NCBI GenBank assembly: GCA_051941275.1
Contig: JAVEBF010000010.1
Span: 1 to 59,671 of the forward strand
Direction of reading: 5' to 3'
DNA from: Dirinaria sp. TL-2023a
Taxonomy: Eukaryota
Length of the DNA stretch: 59,671 nt
Each line of letters opens with the position of its first letter. Positions within the stretch are counted from its first letter, which is position 1. The notes under the pieces are model-generated. The model was not told the origin of the DNA, made no database searches, and was given only the letters and a program-made list of their open reading frames with translations. The translations under genes were made by a program, and so were the position numbers. Shown piece after piece: positions 38,873 through 52,600 of the stretch.

Positions 38873-39227
38873 CTTGTGGCTGAAGGGTCAAAAGAATCGT
38901 CTGTGTCAAAGAATTCCGGGACCGTCGTTGCCTTTTGTGGTGCCTTAACCAGTGTATCAGTCTTTGGATGCTTGTGGAAGCATCCATAAACGGACCTCCT
39001 TGTGAGATGTCTTCGAACGGGCAAGCACACAGCTGTACTTCCTTACGTCTCATGTTCTGTGCCCTCTTTGGCGTTTGCAGTACCCTGTGAAGGAGACATC
39101 GCGGTTGAATCGATCTCTCGCCAGGAGAAATTGAGATCAGGGATGCGGGCGGGGAAGAAAATCCGCGGAAGGCGTAGTCTGTAGGGGAAACCGCATCGCG
39201 GAATCATGTTTCACACCCCATAGTCGT

Positions 39228-40089
39228 TCAAGGGACGCTGACGCTGACGTGGACGTAATTCGTCTCAACGGTATCAACCGTGGATGAGAACGCGTAGCCG
39301 GACGTTGTCATCCCAAAACAGTCGTTTCCGAGAAGCATTGATACCCGCTTCCCAAAGTAATTGGTACACATCTTCATGCTTTCCAATCGCAGCATAATGT
39401 AGTGCGGTCCTTTTGTGACAGGTTGTAGCCGAAATGTCCACGCCAGCGTTGGGAAGGATTTTGAAGATAATTCTGGGCCCTTCCAGCCTGCAAGATACAG
39501 CGATTTCTTGAATTCTTCCCCCATATTTCCTCACATTGTAAGCGCGTCTAATGTAGATTTCTCCAGCTCTTCTACGGCTTTGCAGTTCTGTTGTGACAAC
39601 TCGAGTTGTCGACGGGCCTCAGATGCAGGTCCAGCAGTAGACGAAGCGAAAAGGTCTGCACCGGCTTGTAGAAGCTGGTCCACAGCCTCTTCGTTTCCTA
39701 CCTGGACGGCGCATAGCAACAGTGTCTCGCCGTTGTTGTTCCGAATGTCGACATCATGAGGGTGTCGGAGCTGCCGAGTTAAAAGATGTAGATTTTCTTT
39801 CCTAGCTAGATAATGTAGCACTGTGTCTCTGTTCTTATTATGGATTGACGTATCCGCTCCTCTTTCTAGTAATGATTTGAAAGTAGTCTCGCGGTTGTGT
39901 ATGACTGCCTATAAGGAGACATTTTCTCCAGTTATGCGGGTATATGGGAGGGCGGTGTCGTAGAAGAACTTGGCTGATATGACCGTGTTGAAGCGACGAG
40001 CCATTCGTAAAAAGCAGGCTCATGTCCGTCGGCCCAAGGTTATCAGTTGTGACAAAGATAATGTTGTTTTGGAGACTGTTGAAAGCCAT
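39228..40089 (-). pseudogene. Ankyrin-repeat gene remnant (frameshifted)
   Basis: VLHYLARKENLHLL…VDIRNNNGETLLLCAVQVGNEEAVDQLLQAGAD and …TALHYAAIGKHEDVYQLLWEAG in different frames. Confidence 0.65.
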
Positions 40090-40819
40090 GATGAGCGGTT
40101 AGACCCACAGTCCGTACAGGTTCTGTACTAAGGTTCGCGATTTTCGCTTCAGATGGCGTTTGTGGTTGATTCTTGGCAAGAAGGCTGAGGCGGTGCAGTC
40201 CGGCGTATCCACCATCCAAATCCATGATGACAATTATAGATTGGGCTTAGCAGGCTGCGCCCTGGGATGCCGCCTTGGGGGTGCTCTGCACTCTAGGGCT
40301 GTGCAAACTCCATGCGGCGCAAAATCATGGCGGCCACAACCCACGTGTCGCTGGAGAGCATTATAATTGTCTTTCTGGTGATGTCGTTGGGGTCGCTGAT
40401 CTTTGAGCTTCCGGCGGAACTGGGAAGCCATATCTCGCGATTCCTGACATTACCTCGCGCTGGCCGCTCCACAATCGAACCACACTTCCCTTTGTTTATC
40501 GGCAGATCCACAACGAGGTCCCGGGATTTGTATGCAAAGAAATTACCTTTATGGCCTCGTCCTCGGTCTTCCAGGACTGTTTCAAAGTTCATTTCAGCAG
40601 CATTATTGGAGAATTTGGCGAGAAGTGTCCCATGTATCCGGCAACGCCGTTTAATCTCGGCCATGACGTGGGAGCAAGGTCTCTCGGTTGTGGATGGGAG
40701 GCTTACAGGCCCTGAAAAGCTTTGGATAGGCGTCCATCGACCATAAGACTCGTGGCTGATTCAGAATGGCGACTGATTGGGACCCATGGTTGACAGTGTT
40801 AAAATTTATAATACTGAGT

Positions 40820-40910
40820 ACGGAGCATGCAGCAAAAGTGGAGCAGAAGGGAGCCAAGATTGGATGCAGAGGAAGCTGGAGCTCGAGGGAACAACAACCG
40901 GAGCTCAATA
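40820..40910. promoter_or_regulatory. CArG-like dyad cluster upstream of the OSCA gene
   Basis: GGAGCCAAGATTGGATGC at 40850-40867, plus several GGAGC half-sites. Confidence 0.5.
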
Positions 40911-41024
40911 TGAAAGCCTCAAAATTGGTTTTCCTCCACCGAACACTGCGCGAACAAGACCTGGAAAGAAAACTCAAACCGCTGGTCTAACGGAATATCT
41001 CGTCCAGTTCGCATATCAACGACA

Positions 41025-43738
41025 ATGACATCCCCACTTGACAGTGCTGGCACTGCGCTCTACGCTTCACCAGAAGTAGCACGACACGCCCAAGGGCTCT
41101 CGCTCCGAAATTTCCTGGCGTCACTCGCCACGTCGGCGGTCGTGTTTGCCACCGAAGTCTGCGTGTTTGTCCTTCTGAAGGATAGATTCAAACAAATCTA
41201 GTAAGTCCTGATCATCCTTCAAGCGCGAAGATACTGAGTGGGCGTGCCAGTCAACCTCGAACTTATCTCGTGCCTGAAGGACAACGCACCATTCAACATC
41301 CTTCCGGCACCGTATCCTGGATCCCATATATGTTCCAGCTTCCCGATAAGATCATCTTACAACATTCTGGCTTAGACGCTTTTTTCTTCCTTCGATATAT
41401 TCGCACTCTCCTCACCATCTTCACCAGCCTATCGGTCGTCGTTATACCTTGCCTTGTTCCCCTGAACCTACTCGGTGGTAATGACGCTGCAGATGGAACC
41501 CACGGTCTCGATAGATACAGCTGGGCAAATATCGGGCTCGATCACACAGCATTCTACTGGGCCCATTTGGCGATAGCTCTGCTTGTGATCGTATTCATAT
41601 GTTACACTGTTTACGTAGAACTACTTTTTTACGTTCACGTCCGTAATTCTTACCTAGCGTCACCTGCGCATCGTCTCTTGGAGTCTGCCAACACGATTCT
41701 GGTGACCGATATTCCCGAGAAAGACCTTCTGGTATTGGAGGATGTGTACGGTATATTCCCTGGTGGAGTCCATTCCGTCTGGATCAATCGAGATCTCTCG
41801 GCGTTGTTGAAGAAGATTCAAGAGCGAAAAACCCTCGCCACCACGCTAGAAGCCGCGGAGACCAGCCTTATAACATCGGCAACAAAGTCGTTCCGTCAAC
41901 GTAAGAGCCACGAGCTTCCACCACCGAGTGGGGCGGATACCGAGAAGGAAGGACCATTGTGGAAGCGCTACCTGAAGGAGAAGGACCGTGACCACATGTA
42001 CATTCCACGACAAGGATGCAGCTGGATACCAGGAATGCCTTTCATCGGAAAAAGGGTTGATACCATCCACCACTGCTTAGGCGAGCTGGCACGAATGAAC
42101 AAAGATATCAGGGCAGAACTAACGGAGCTGGCTGAGCTCGAGTCGAATGGAAGAGAATCAAGCAAGTATCCACGAATGAGATCCGCCTTTGTACGATTCA
42201 ACGCTCAATCTGCCGCGTATATGGCCTGTCAAACCCTCCTGAACGCCAATCCTCTGCACTCATCCGCCCGACACATCAACGTTTCCGTGCGGGAAATAAG
42301 ATGGAGCACTCTAAATCAACGATGGTGGAATCGATATATACGGAGTGGATTGGTGTGGATCGCCATCGTTTCTCTCCTCATAACGTGGGCGATACCCGTC
42401 GCATTTACGGGTTTTCTGTCCCAAATTACTACCCTCGGAGACTCCGTATCGTGGCTTCACTGGATATCTGGCGCTCCGGCGTGGCTGGGTGGGATTATTC
42501 AAGGTGTGCTGCCGCAGTTGATGTTGGTAGCATTGAACGTATTGCTGCCGTTGGTCCTGCGTATTATCACGGGGTGGCAAGGTCTGTCAACGGAGACGAC
42601 AGTCGAGCTGTCCCTGCAGAATTACTATTTCATCTTTCTCTTCGCACAAAATTTTCTCACGGTGTCGCTTTCATCCAGTATTACGGCCATCGCTCAAGAC
42701 CTCCTCCGTGGCCCGAGCTCTGCACCCGCATTGCTGGCCAGAAACCTTCCCAAGGCGAGCAACTATTTTTTCTCCTACCTCACTTTACAAGGGCTTTCGG
42801 TAAGTGCAGGTGCCTTCCTGCAAGCCGGAGGTTTAATTAACTGGCTTATTCTCGCCCCGTGGACGGATCGCACACCGAGACAGAAGTGGGAGAGACAGAC
42901 GGGTTTACCGGAGATTCGATGGGGTACATTCTACCCTCTTTACACGAACCTCGCATGTATTGGTAAGACGCTCGCATCTTTGCCGACGCCTTTGCTGAAC
43001 AATTTAGGTCTGACGTACTCCATCATCGCTCCCCTGATACTCCCGTTTAGCGTCGCCACTTTCAGCTTGTTTTGGTTCGTATTCCGCTACAACCTGCTCT
43101 ACGTGTCGGCTTTTCCGTACGATACCGGAGGTCAACTTTATCCGACTGCTTTGAAGCAACTCTTTACAGGCGTGTATATGATGGAATTATGCCTGATAGG
43201 CCTTTTCCTGTCTATTCGCGATGATCAGGGTGTCTTTACCGGCATTGGTCAGGCCGTGGTTATGATGATTGCCACAACATTGACGGTCATTTACCAACTG
43301 CTTCTAGGAACAACCTTCTCCTCAATCCTCAAATATCTGCCTGCCTTCCCGAAAGACAGGGAGGATGAAGGAGGAGAATCGAATTGGAATCACTCCTTAG
43401 CACCTGCGCTCGATCATTTACGACACCTAGGGCACACCTGCTATAGCTGGATGGGACCTTCCAAGGAAGTCCCCCAAGATCTCCAAGAAAGTGTTGACGA
43501 GCTCGCACGCAACGAACTCGACGAAACAGATTGGCGTGGGTATAAACATGAGGCTGCTGACTATCGCAGCCCTGTCGTCTGGATTCCAAAGGACGACCTT
43601 GGAATCAGCGAAGATGAGATCGCCCACGCCAAAAACTACGCTTCAGATATCAGAATCAGCAATGAGTTTGCAGAGCTTAATATCAAAGGGCGCTTGACGA
43701 TTTCGCAGAATATTTCTGACACTGATATCATGCAATAG
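41025..43738 (+). CDS. CSC1/OSCA/TMEM63 (DUF221, RSN1-like) calcium-permeable stress-gated channel
   Basis: N-terminal TM, intron 41201-41250, QPRTYL, GLDAFFFLRY, SAFVRF, LPKASNYFFSY, YDTGGQLYP, PVVWIPKDDLGISEDE; many TM helices; intact. Confidence 0.95.
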
Positions 43739-44301
43739 ATCAGGTCTGAAGCTGTTTTGCTTTTCTCGGCCAGCGTTTACGGCTGGCCTATGGAGCACCT
43801 TGAGAGCCACGTCTATGGTTGAATCTCTGAACAGCGTGGGTGTAGAGTGTTGGGTTAGCGATTATGCATTTCACAGCCTTGCTTACACCGGCTTTACGGT
43901 GAAAATAGCAACCCTTGGCCACCTCTGACATTCTGCTTGTATTTTAATTTCAGCCTCTATTTTGAACAACCGGTCAACCTGATTACCATTTCTCATTGGC
44001 GGTTCATGTAGTCCGGACCGTTTCGCCTTCTTCACTTTCCCCTAGGCTTCTCGCTGCAGGATGAGCAAATCGATAGTGTCAAATTACGCTAACGACAAGT
44101 ACAGGACAAGGGTTCGTTTTTGGATGCTGCTATTCGAAAGAGGCCCCTGTTATGGATGCTCATGTCTGGAGCCGATTGTGGATGCTACCGCACATTTAGA
44201 TCATAAATCGACATGGCATAGACTCTTGGTCTGCCGAAATTGTTTGGAGACGTTCGGATTCTCTCAGGAAAGGACCATTTACAGACATCTCAACATCTAC
44301 A

Positions 44302-47300
44302 ATGGATGCTCGAACTCTCAAGGTGAGGCTGTCCGGCATATACTTCGAAAGACTGCTGAGTTTCTTTCTAGTTTGAACGCTCTCTCAGGATTTTGCTGGA
44401 GGAATCAAATCCTGAAAAGGACGATAATATGAACCGCAAGATCATTGACGTCCTCCAGACGCAGATTCGGCGACTCTCTGGGAAAGGGCGAGAAACCGAA
44501 AAGGTCCTACAGCCTCCAGCGGCTCGTCCACAGCCAAACACTACGCTTAACACGACTCCATCAAACAACAAAGCAGGGCTGGTCTCTACTCGAACCGTGC
44601 ATCCGCACAATGAAATTGACATCATTACGACTGCCAGTAATCAAGCAAACCCAGATGGTAATAATTCGTCGACGGTAGGCCCTACAGCATCCACTCAAGA
44701 AGATTCACAAGATGCCTCATCACATATGTCGATGGACGAGCCCGAAACAGGCTGCACCGAATCCTCTCCAGTGGTAACCCCGCCAGGTATTTCCCCTCAA
44801 CCCATTCACTCTGGCAATACCTACTAACACCGGAAGACATCTCAAACGATGTTGAGCAGGAGCTGCAGGAGATCGCCAGTGTTATAAACGAGGCTTGTCG
44901 AATCATCGTGTTCGTAGGCGCCGGGATTAGTACTAATTGCGGTATACCGGTGAGTATTGATCTCTACCTTTGACCATCTTTAGATAACAATTATCCAGGA
45001 CTTTCGGTCTAAGACTGGCCTTCACAAGACGAATCGAGGTCTTTTCGAGAGGGAAGTGCTCGATGACGAAGAAAGAAGGAAAGAATTGTATAAATGCTTG
45101 ATCGAAATAAGGAACAAAGCGATATCCGAAGACCTGGTTCAGACGGATACGCATCGATTTCTCCGAATTCTTCAAAGATCCGGAAAGCTCCAAAGATGCT
45201 ATTCCCAGAATCTGGATGGACTGGAGGCAAGGGCTGGTTTAAATGCTGATATCAAGTCCAAAGACTGCAACGTGGTCCAGCTGCATGGCAACCTTGACTC
45301 CTTCAGGTGCTCTTATTGCAGCCATTCCACAAGCTGGGATAGCGTGCGCGAGACCGCCCTTGCTTCCGGAGAGATCGTGTTATGTCCTGAATGCGCATCG
45401 AGGGTAGAAGAACGGCGGAGAAGGGGAGGGAGAACGAACATTCACGTTGGACATTTGCGACCCAATATTGTTCTCTACCACGATATTGACGATCCATTGA
45501 GCGAGACAAAAGCAAGGGTCATCGATAAAGACGCGGACTCAACGCCTGATGTCCTCCTAGTCATTGGTACATCATTGGCCATCGACGGCCCGAGGTATGA
45601 GCTCAAGAACAAACTGATTCCCGCGGTACGTCGGAATGGTGGGAAGGTGATATACGTCAACAACAATCCTCCCCCAAGGGCGTTTTCCAAGCCCGTGGTT
45701 GATTACATATTCGAAATGGACTGCGACTACTGGGTGCGAGAGCTTGCCGCACGCGAACCTTCCTTGCGGGAAGACGAGGCGGGACACAGTTCCCAGCGAC
45801 TCTCCTGTGGCTTCGACTTTCAGCCAAAAGCGGAGACTGTTGATGAAGTGATCAAAGAGGCTGAGCTTAAACTGATCTCCATTGGTGATTATTCCGATGT
45901 GCAGTTCAGGGCCAGAACGAAAGAAGAAGTGAGAGAAGACTTGAGTCCTTTCCTACCTTCGAATTGGCTTTCGACGTCCCCGCTCATGTGTGTTTTATCG
46001 CTTTTCGGATGGGGCGAATCTACGACAGTTCTACACAGTAAGCATACGGAATTCGATATGAATGACGTCGAAAAGAGAAAGGAGATGCTGGACGGGCCTG
46101 TATGGCCAATCGGACGGAAACATACTCGCATAATCATTCCGCATAACCCCAGCGATCATTGGATCCTGCTCGTGGTGGATATTCCGCTCCGAACTATAAG
46201 CTACTACAGCTCACTGCCTGGGTACCACCTGGGCGATTGTTGTGAATTTGTGGAGGCGCAAATGAAGCGGGTCGGTGAGAAACTCGGTCAAGAGTATTCC
46301 GGTTGGAATCCTCCCCTTGAAGGCGTAAATACACTTTCCCCTTCCACAAGTCCAGTTAGCTTATGGCTTTATAGAGCTCATATCAACAGACGAATGGCTC
46401 GGACTGTGGGATATACCTTTTGGAGAATGCGAGACGCCTCAGCCAAGGCGAGGTCGTCAACGGAGCGCCAATCGAGGCGGATAGCTTAAGGGTTTTTTAT
46501 GCCGAATTATTACTAGCGAGGTCTCTTCACGAAGCTAGCGAGCAGACCATGCTGAAGAGCGTGCTATATCCGGAAACCTCAAGGTCATGGCAGGTTGGTA
46601 CTGCGCCTCGCTCCTACGTATTCAATCTCGACTCTACACGAGCGAAACGGAGGAAATTGCAGATTGAAGAGGTCGAAGCTCAAACTACTCGCGTTGATGA
46701 AAGCGACTCTGATGGGGATGAAGGTAGCGCTCGGCGACTGGATCTCGCGACCATAAAGGCCCACATCTCAACCCTCTTCAAGTCGTCCCCTGTGTGCCCA
46801 TGGATGAAATACCTAGAGCGCTTCGCCAACTGCCATCTCCAAAGAAGCAAAGCCCCAGTGGGATATACGCGGGCTTCTCGTCTCCTCGAAATGGTGGCGG
46901 CGTTCGCTTGTCCCGAACATTTTGTCGCCTTAAAGGGCGCTGTCGCTCACTACCGCGTGCTAGCACCAGAAGAAGTTATCCAGGCACCACTTAACCTATC
47001 AAGCCATCTGTACACGGTAGGCGTTTGGACAGAACGTCTCGGACTAATCAACGTCATCCTCCAACGCTTCGTGCGCGCTTATTTTACCTCATTAATCGAT
47101 GAAGGGACGCACTTTTTCCAAGACCGAGCTGGGCACATGGTGGTCCAGAACGGCTGCGCAGTAACCAAATCTGTCAAAGCTACGGTGGTCAAAATATATC
47201 CAAAGATGAAAGGATGGGACTCATCCACCGATCCTGCCGAAAAATCCGCGTTTTCGGAAGTTCAGCGCAATCTGAGAAGGTGGAGACAGGAGGGGGCTAT

Positions 47301-47721
47301 TTGGTCTTCAATCCAAAATCGATTCTCCTCTCTCGCTCTCCTCGCTCTGGTGCCGCATCATGTTCGAATACTGCCTGCTTCTCAGAGCATTTCGGGATCT
47401 TCGTAAGTGTTGACGATGATGTTTGATCGGCATCAACTGATCTACGGTAGCTTCCAAACGGAAATTCCACGTGACGCTCGGGATCTCTTCGTTGAAGCTC
47501 TCGCTGAGCTTCGCCCACACCTATGGAGCTATGTACCTAAGCTGGCACACCTCTTCGATATCCTATCCAGCCCAAATAAGCTGAAGACCCGCCAGTTCAA
47601 GATAGAACTGGCCACCGACGATGACATTCGGAATGCCGCTCCGGATTCAACACTGCTGGTAAATGCTTTCGACTACGTGGACGAAGGAAAGAACGAACTG
47701 CTCTCTATGTCAGTGGAATAA
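44302..47721 (+). CDS. Sirtuin (Hst3/Hst4-like NAD-dependent deacylase) fused to Ulp1/C48-type cysteine protease and an unknown C-terminal domain; start uncertain
   Basis: GAGISTNCGIP|DFRS, YSQNLDGLE, QLHG, CSYC…CPEC, LRPNIVLY, VIGTSL, then in the same ORF WLS…HWILLVVD…YYSSL and, after the ~46325-46373 intron, QQTNGSDCG. Confidence 0.8.
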
Positions 47722-48120
47722 CCCTCTCTATTGATAGCAATCTTAGCAGTCAGATTCCCTGCATCCAGAGAGAAAGATCAATGTGGCCAAGCTTCCCGTG
47801 AGCGATTTGCAAGAGCCAAACCACCTAGTCCCGGAGAAGAAGGATTTTGCGACTAAGACCTAGATGTTCCAAGAGCAAGCGATTCTCAAGTCATTTAGGA
47901 TAGAAGCCCTGCCACGTTGAAGGAATCGCATCCGAATTTGGCTCCCGTCCAGATGTGGCTCTTGACTCTGATTTCAAAAGCCCCATCTCTTCCTGTTTCA
48001 ATGTGTCATTAGGTTGTTTATTGAAATTTTGTAATGAATCACGGAGATCTTATATCTAATTTTTAAGTTTTCAGAATCAGTGTCTAATGTTGATACATAC
48101 ACTGGAGTGGAAACGTAGGC

Positions 48121-48987
48121 ATGACTGTGGAGTTGTCCAAGTTCAGGAGGGTGTTCCAGGACATACCTGAATGTCGAACCATACTCATACGCTGCCTCTC
48201 GGGCGCCAATTTGTTCGCACTGCGGAGGGCGGTCGGCTTCTGGCTATCGGAAAGGGAAAAGAGAGCACATCTGAGCTTGCTATGGGACGTGTTCGAGCAC
48301 ATGAAATGGAGTGAGGGCATGGGAGGAGTCACCATGATGGGACGAGGCCTTGATTTCCGCCGAGTTGAAGCACTCATGCGAGAATCTGCTACCATGCACT
48401 GGAAAAAGGTGGTCCCTTTCATAATCATGATTCGGCCACCTTTCGATTATGAGAATCTCGTCCCCTGGACCAAGCAGGCCTTGTTGAGTATAACGCGTTC
48501 TACTAGAATGACGGTCACGGAAGCGGCTGAACGTCCAAACTTTTGGGATACGACGCCCATTGCCACCATTCAAGGGCTCGCAGCTGGTGTTGAGATATCC
48601 ATTCCAATTACGACTTTGGCACAAGAGGCACCTCAAAGCCAGCTAGGTCATGCTACCATCGACAGAGCTGCTGCCATATCTATTTTTCAGCCTGTGCTTA
48701 ACGATGCTACTCGGATCGCAATCGTGAAAGTAGAATTGGACTCTGTTAGATACGAGACGGGTAATGTCGCCGCCTACAAGACTAACGATACTTTCAGCAT
48801 ATGCATGTTTGGACCTCAGTACATGACCAATGTCTCACTTATACACAAAACACCTTCAGAAGGACCAAGATGCGATTGGCCTGATAGCCCTCAGGTTGTC
48901 ACACGAGTGATCAATATCTACTCACCTGCAGAGCCAGATTCGATTCATGCTGCTTGGCAAAGGAGGAATGCACTTCAAGGGTGGTAA
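48121..48987 (+). CDS. Hypothetical protein (288 aa)
   Basis: Intact ORF preceded by dyads CCGAATTTGG (47932) and CCAGATGTGG (47949). Confidence 0.6.
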   Translation: MTVELSKFRRVFQDIPECRTILIRCLSGANLFALRRAVGFWLSEREKRAHLSLLWDVFEHMKWSEGMGGVTMMGRGLDFRRVEALMRESATMHWKKVVPFIIMIRPPFDYENLVPWTKQALLSITRSTRMTVTEAAERPNFWDTTPIATIQGLAAGVEISIPITTLAQEAPQSQLGHATIDRAAAISIFQPVLNDATRIAIVKVELDSVRYETGNVAAYKTNDTFSICMFGPQYMTNVSLIHKTPSEGPRCDWPDSPQVVTRVINIYSPAEPDSIHAAWQRRNALQGW

Positions 48988-49189
48988 GCATCTTTTCTGA
49001 TATCGCATCATTTGCGAAAGGGTGTATGGCAAAGGTGTTTTGCCATTTCCCTGTGAAAAGATGGGTGACGACGCCTAGCCGTTTGGGTAGCTCTTTAGCT
49101 GTGCTTGACTTAGAATTATATCTTCTCTATTTCTTTGCTGGTTGGCAATATCGCCATCTCCTGCGGTCCTACTTCTCCACCTACTGTCA

Positions 49190-49520
49190 CCCTGCTCCAA
49201 TTCTGACGCCCTGCTCCAGTCCTGGCTCCCCTGCTTCAACTCAGGAACCTTGCTCTTCAATTTTGGCACAGCGCATTGGAGCGGTTCACTGCCTGATTCC
49301 GCCTGTCCTAGGAAGTTTGTCCTAGGAAATTTCTCCTGGGCCGAAGAGGCATTCAGGATGAGCCGGTATTGGGTCAGCGGTGTTAATGGTCCTGGGAGGA
49401 TCGGCTCAGGACAGATCCCCTAGGACAAATGGCGCTCCAACCAGCCAATTCTGGCACCTAGCTCCAATTCTGACCCCCTTATGAATGAGCCAGTATTGGA
49501 TCAGTTGATTCAATGGTATT
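49190..49520. promoter_or_regulatory. Two groups of CArG-like dyads upstream of DUF3723 copy 2
   Basis: CCAATTCTGA 49197, CCAGTCCTGG 49216, TCAACTCAGG 49236, TCAATTTTGG 49257, CCGGTATTGG 49363, CCAATTCTGG 49445, CCAATTCTGA 49464, CCAGTATTGG 49490. Confidence 0.65.
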
Positions 49521-49619
49521 TAAAGCTCTTGGAACAATGGACTTAGGAGACATTCCCCAGGGAACACGGTGGCAGAGTCCCTTCTACTCTGATCCTTAAT
49601 CGCATCGAATTATTTCGGC

Positions 49620-52600
49620 ATGGAAGAGTACGCCAACGAAGGGAAACCCTCTGACGGTGAGGTCTATAGGAAGATACGCAACTATCGGTCCCAGAAGCAG
49701 TCCAGTTTGGAAATGCGATGGTGGACTCTTCTCTCTGCACATAGAGCCAGAAATTTAAAACAACTGTTCCGGCACAGGGAGTTCACCCTTGCCTTTGATG
49801 CTTTCTTGGAGATACCTGCGCTCTTAACTGGGATGAGAATTAGTACCTTACATAAAATTTTCGCGCTTAGATGCGATGAGGTAAACGCTCCGTCGCCGAC
49901 CATATGAATGCGCTCATCGATTGCTAGGAAATCATACATTACCTTCAATACACCAAGCAATTCTGGTCTGACCTGCTTCAGCAAGATAAGACCGCGATGG
50001 CCAAGGTAGACCAAGCCACCGTGGAAGCGTTACAGTTCACCGCGCCATGGGCATCAACACTAGATGCCCAAAATCTACGTGGTAAAATGTTGGGCGGGGA
50101 AATCTTTGGCAATTTTAGTCAACATGAACGCGAGGGGATCTGGATTAGGCTACAGTCCTTTAAAGGCCTGGTTCCTTCTCTGTTCGAGTTCTTTGAGAAC
50201 GCTAAATGCCTTGAGGCATGGGCCGACTGTGTAAAATGGCTGGTATGCCTAGGTCCTCGGGAAACGCTGTCCACGGCAATGAAGAAGATCTATACTGGTA
50301 TAAATCAGAGCGTAGACTCGGCTCTGGTGCAGGAAAATGAGACCACGTTCGAGTCTATGCCAGCAAACTCCACTCGTCGAATTGACCTAGGATATCGACA
50401 ACTACACGCCTTTGCTATGCGTTACCACTGCGAAATCCCCAAAAAGCCCAGCGGGAAGGATCTTTTGGCAAAGCCAAGGGCCAGGTTAAACACAATCAGG
50501 TTGCGCCAGATGGCTGATCTTGCCAATCGTTTGGGGTTCGAGTCGTCCGAGATCACTGCCTTAACGCAGTTTCCAAAGTCAACAGACCCAATGATAGTAA
50601 GAGGAAATGAAAAGCCTGCGATAGTCACGGATGGTCCAGGGGAGATTAGAAAAGACAGATGTGGAATGCCACATACTCAAAATTACGAAGAGGACCGCAA
50701 ATTTCTGTTCATCACACATTTACATGACGGTAGGGATGAACAATCCGAGGGGATCACGTCCTACTTCAGGCTAAGATCCACGTACTTAAAGTTCTATGGG
50801 ATGCCGGACGGCTCCAATCCACAACAGAATCTCACTACAGCGACAGGAGAATTATTACCCCCAGCTTTCCGTCTGACTCGGTCGACTGATTCGCCAAGAG
50901 AAGATCAGGCTGAGCATATGGAGGTTGACGAGGAACCAACAGAAGACACAGTGATGCAGGATGGAGAGGGAGAAGGAGAGGGAGAGGAACAAAGACCTCC
51001 ATTCCAAGCAGAAGGTGCTTTTGCACAAGAACCAACGATACAGCGACAAAAGCTCTTGTCTGAAGCAGGCGTGCTTGGAAAAAAGGAGTATGAGCAAGAG
51101 CAATATCGGCAGAAGCTTGTGGAGGACGCGAATTCTCTCGTGGAAGAGGATCAAAGGCTGGAACAAAAACGACAAAAGCTCTTGTCCGACGCAAGCACAC
51201 TTGAAAAACAGGAGCAAGAGCAAGAACTTCATCGGCAGCAACTCGTACGGGATGCAAGTACAATCAGAGAACAAGAGCAGGAGCAAGGGCAGCGACGACA
51301 AAAGCTCTTGTCTTATACAAACATACTTGAAAAGCAAGGACAAGAACAAGAGCAGTACCTGCAGAAGCTTTTAAGAGATACAAGCGCGTTCGGAGAACAG
51401 GATCAGGAAAAGGAACAACAACGACAAAAACTCTTGTCCGATGTAAGCACGCTTGAAAAGCAAGAGCAAGAGCAAGAGCAATACCAGCAGAGGCTTATAA
51501 GGGACGCAATCGCACTCAAAGAACAAGAGCAAGAACAAGAGCGACGAAGACAAAAGCTCATCTTAGACGAAAGCGCGCTAAAAGAAGGCGATCAAGAGCA
51601 AGAACAGATGTGTCAAAAGCTTACGAGGGACGCCAGTGCCCTTAGAGAGCAAGAGCAAAAGCGAGAGGAACAACGTCAAACTCTTGCGAGGGAAGAAAAA
51701 GAGCTATTGAATCGAAAACAAAGGCAGGAGGAACAACAAGAAACACTTGAAGCGGACGCAAGCAAGCTAATTTTACAAGAGGAAAAGCAGGAGGAACGAA
51801 GAAACACTCTCGCAGCCGTGGCGGATGAGCTCGTGAACCAAGAGCAAAGGCAAAAAGAACAGCGACAAAAGCTTGCGGAGTACGCAAGCGATCTTCAGAA
51901 ACAAGAACTGAGGCAAAAAGAACAACGAAAAATGCTTACGACAGACACTAGCGAGCTGCACAAACAAGAGAAACGCCTTAAGAAGTTAAAGAAGGATAAA
52001 TTAAAGCAGAAACGAGAGCAAAAGAGCGTAGAGCCAAAGATATTAGGGAGTAAGCTAGATGAGTCAGGGACAATTCAGGAGCGAGATGAGCGAGACGTGG
52101 CGGAGCTACAAAGACAAGGTCAAGAAGAACTGGCAGATCTTGAACTGCCCTCTCCCTTAAAGCTCGAGTATGGAGGAATAGATGCCGGTCGAAGTGTACC
52201 TGAAGTACGAGCGCAGAACTATTCAATGGACGCAGTCCAGAAAGGTGGCACTAAAGTGAGTGTTTCAGCACCCAAAGGTCAAAACAGTCCGGCACAAGAG
52301 CACGGACTACAACGAAATAGAGCACAAGTGAAGGGCCAAGAGGAGAGGCTAACAGAGGAAGCCCATGAGCCTGAGGCTCAAGAGAGGGGCCAAACGCAAG
52401 AGAACGAGCAAGAAGATAGAGCCCACGAGGATGAAGCATATGAGGATACAGCACACAATGATAAGGTCCAACGCGGTAGGCAAGCGGACGAAGCCCAAGA
52501 GGTTATGCAGGAGGATAAGGCACATGGGAAAGGGCAAGATGGTGGTGCGCAAGAGGATGAAGTACGAGAGTATCGACAAAGGAAGCGCCGAGTGATGACT

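Noticed and set aside
40293..40740. NACHT/NLR domain upstream of the ankyrin remnant
   Set aside because: Only a vague CGS-containing resemblance to a winged-helix segment, with no Walker A/B motifs; unsupported.
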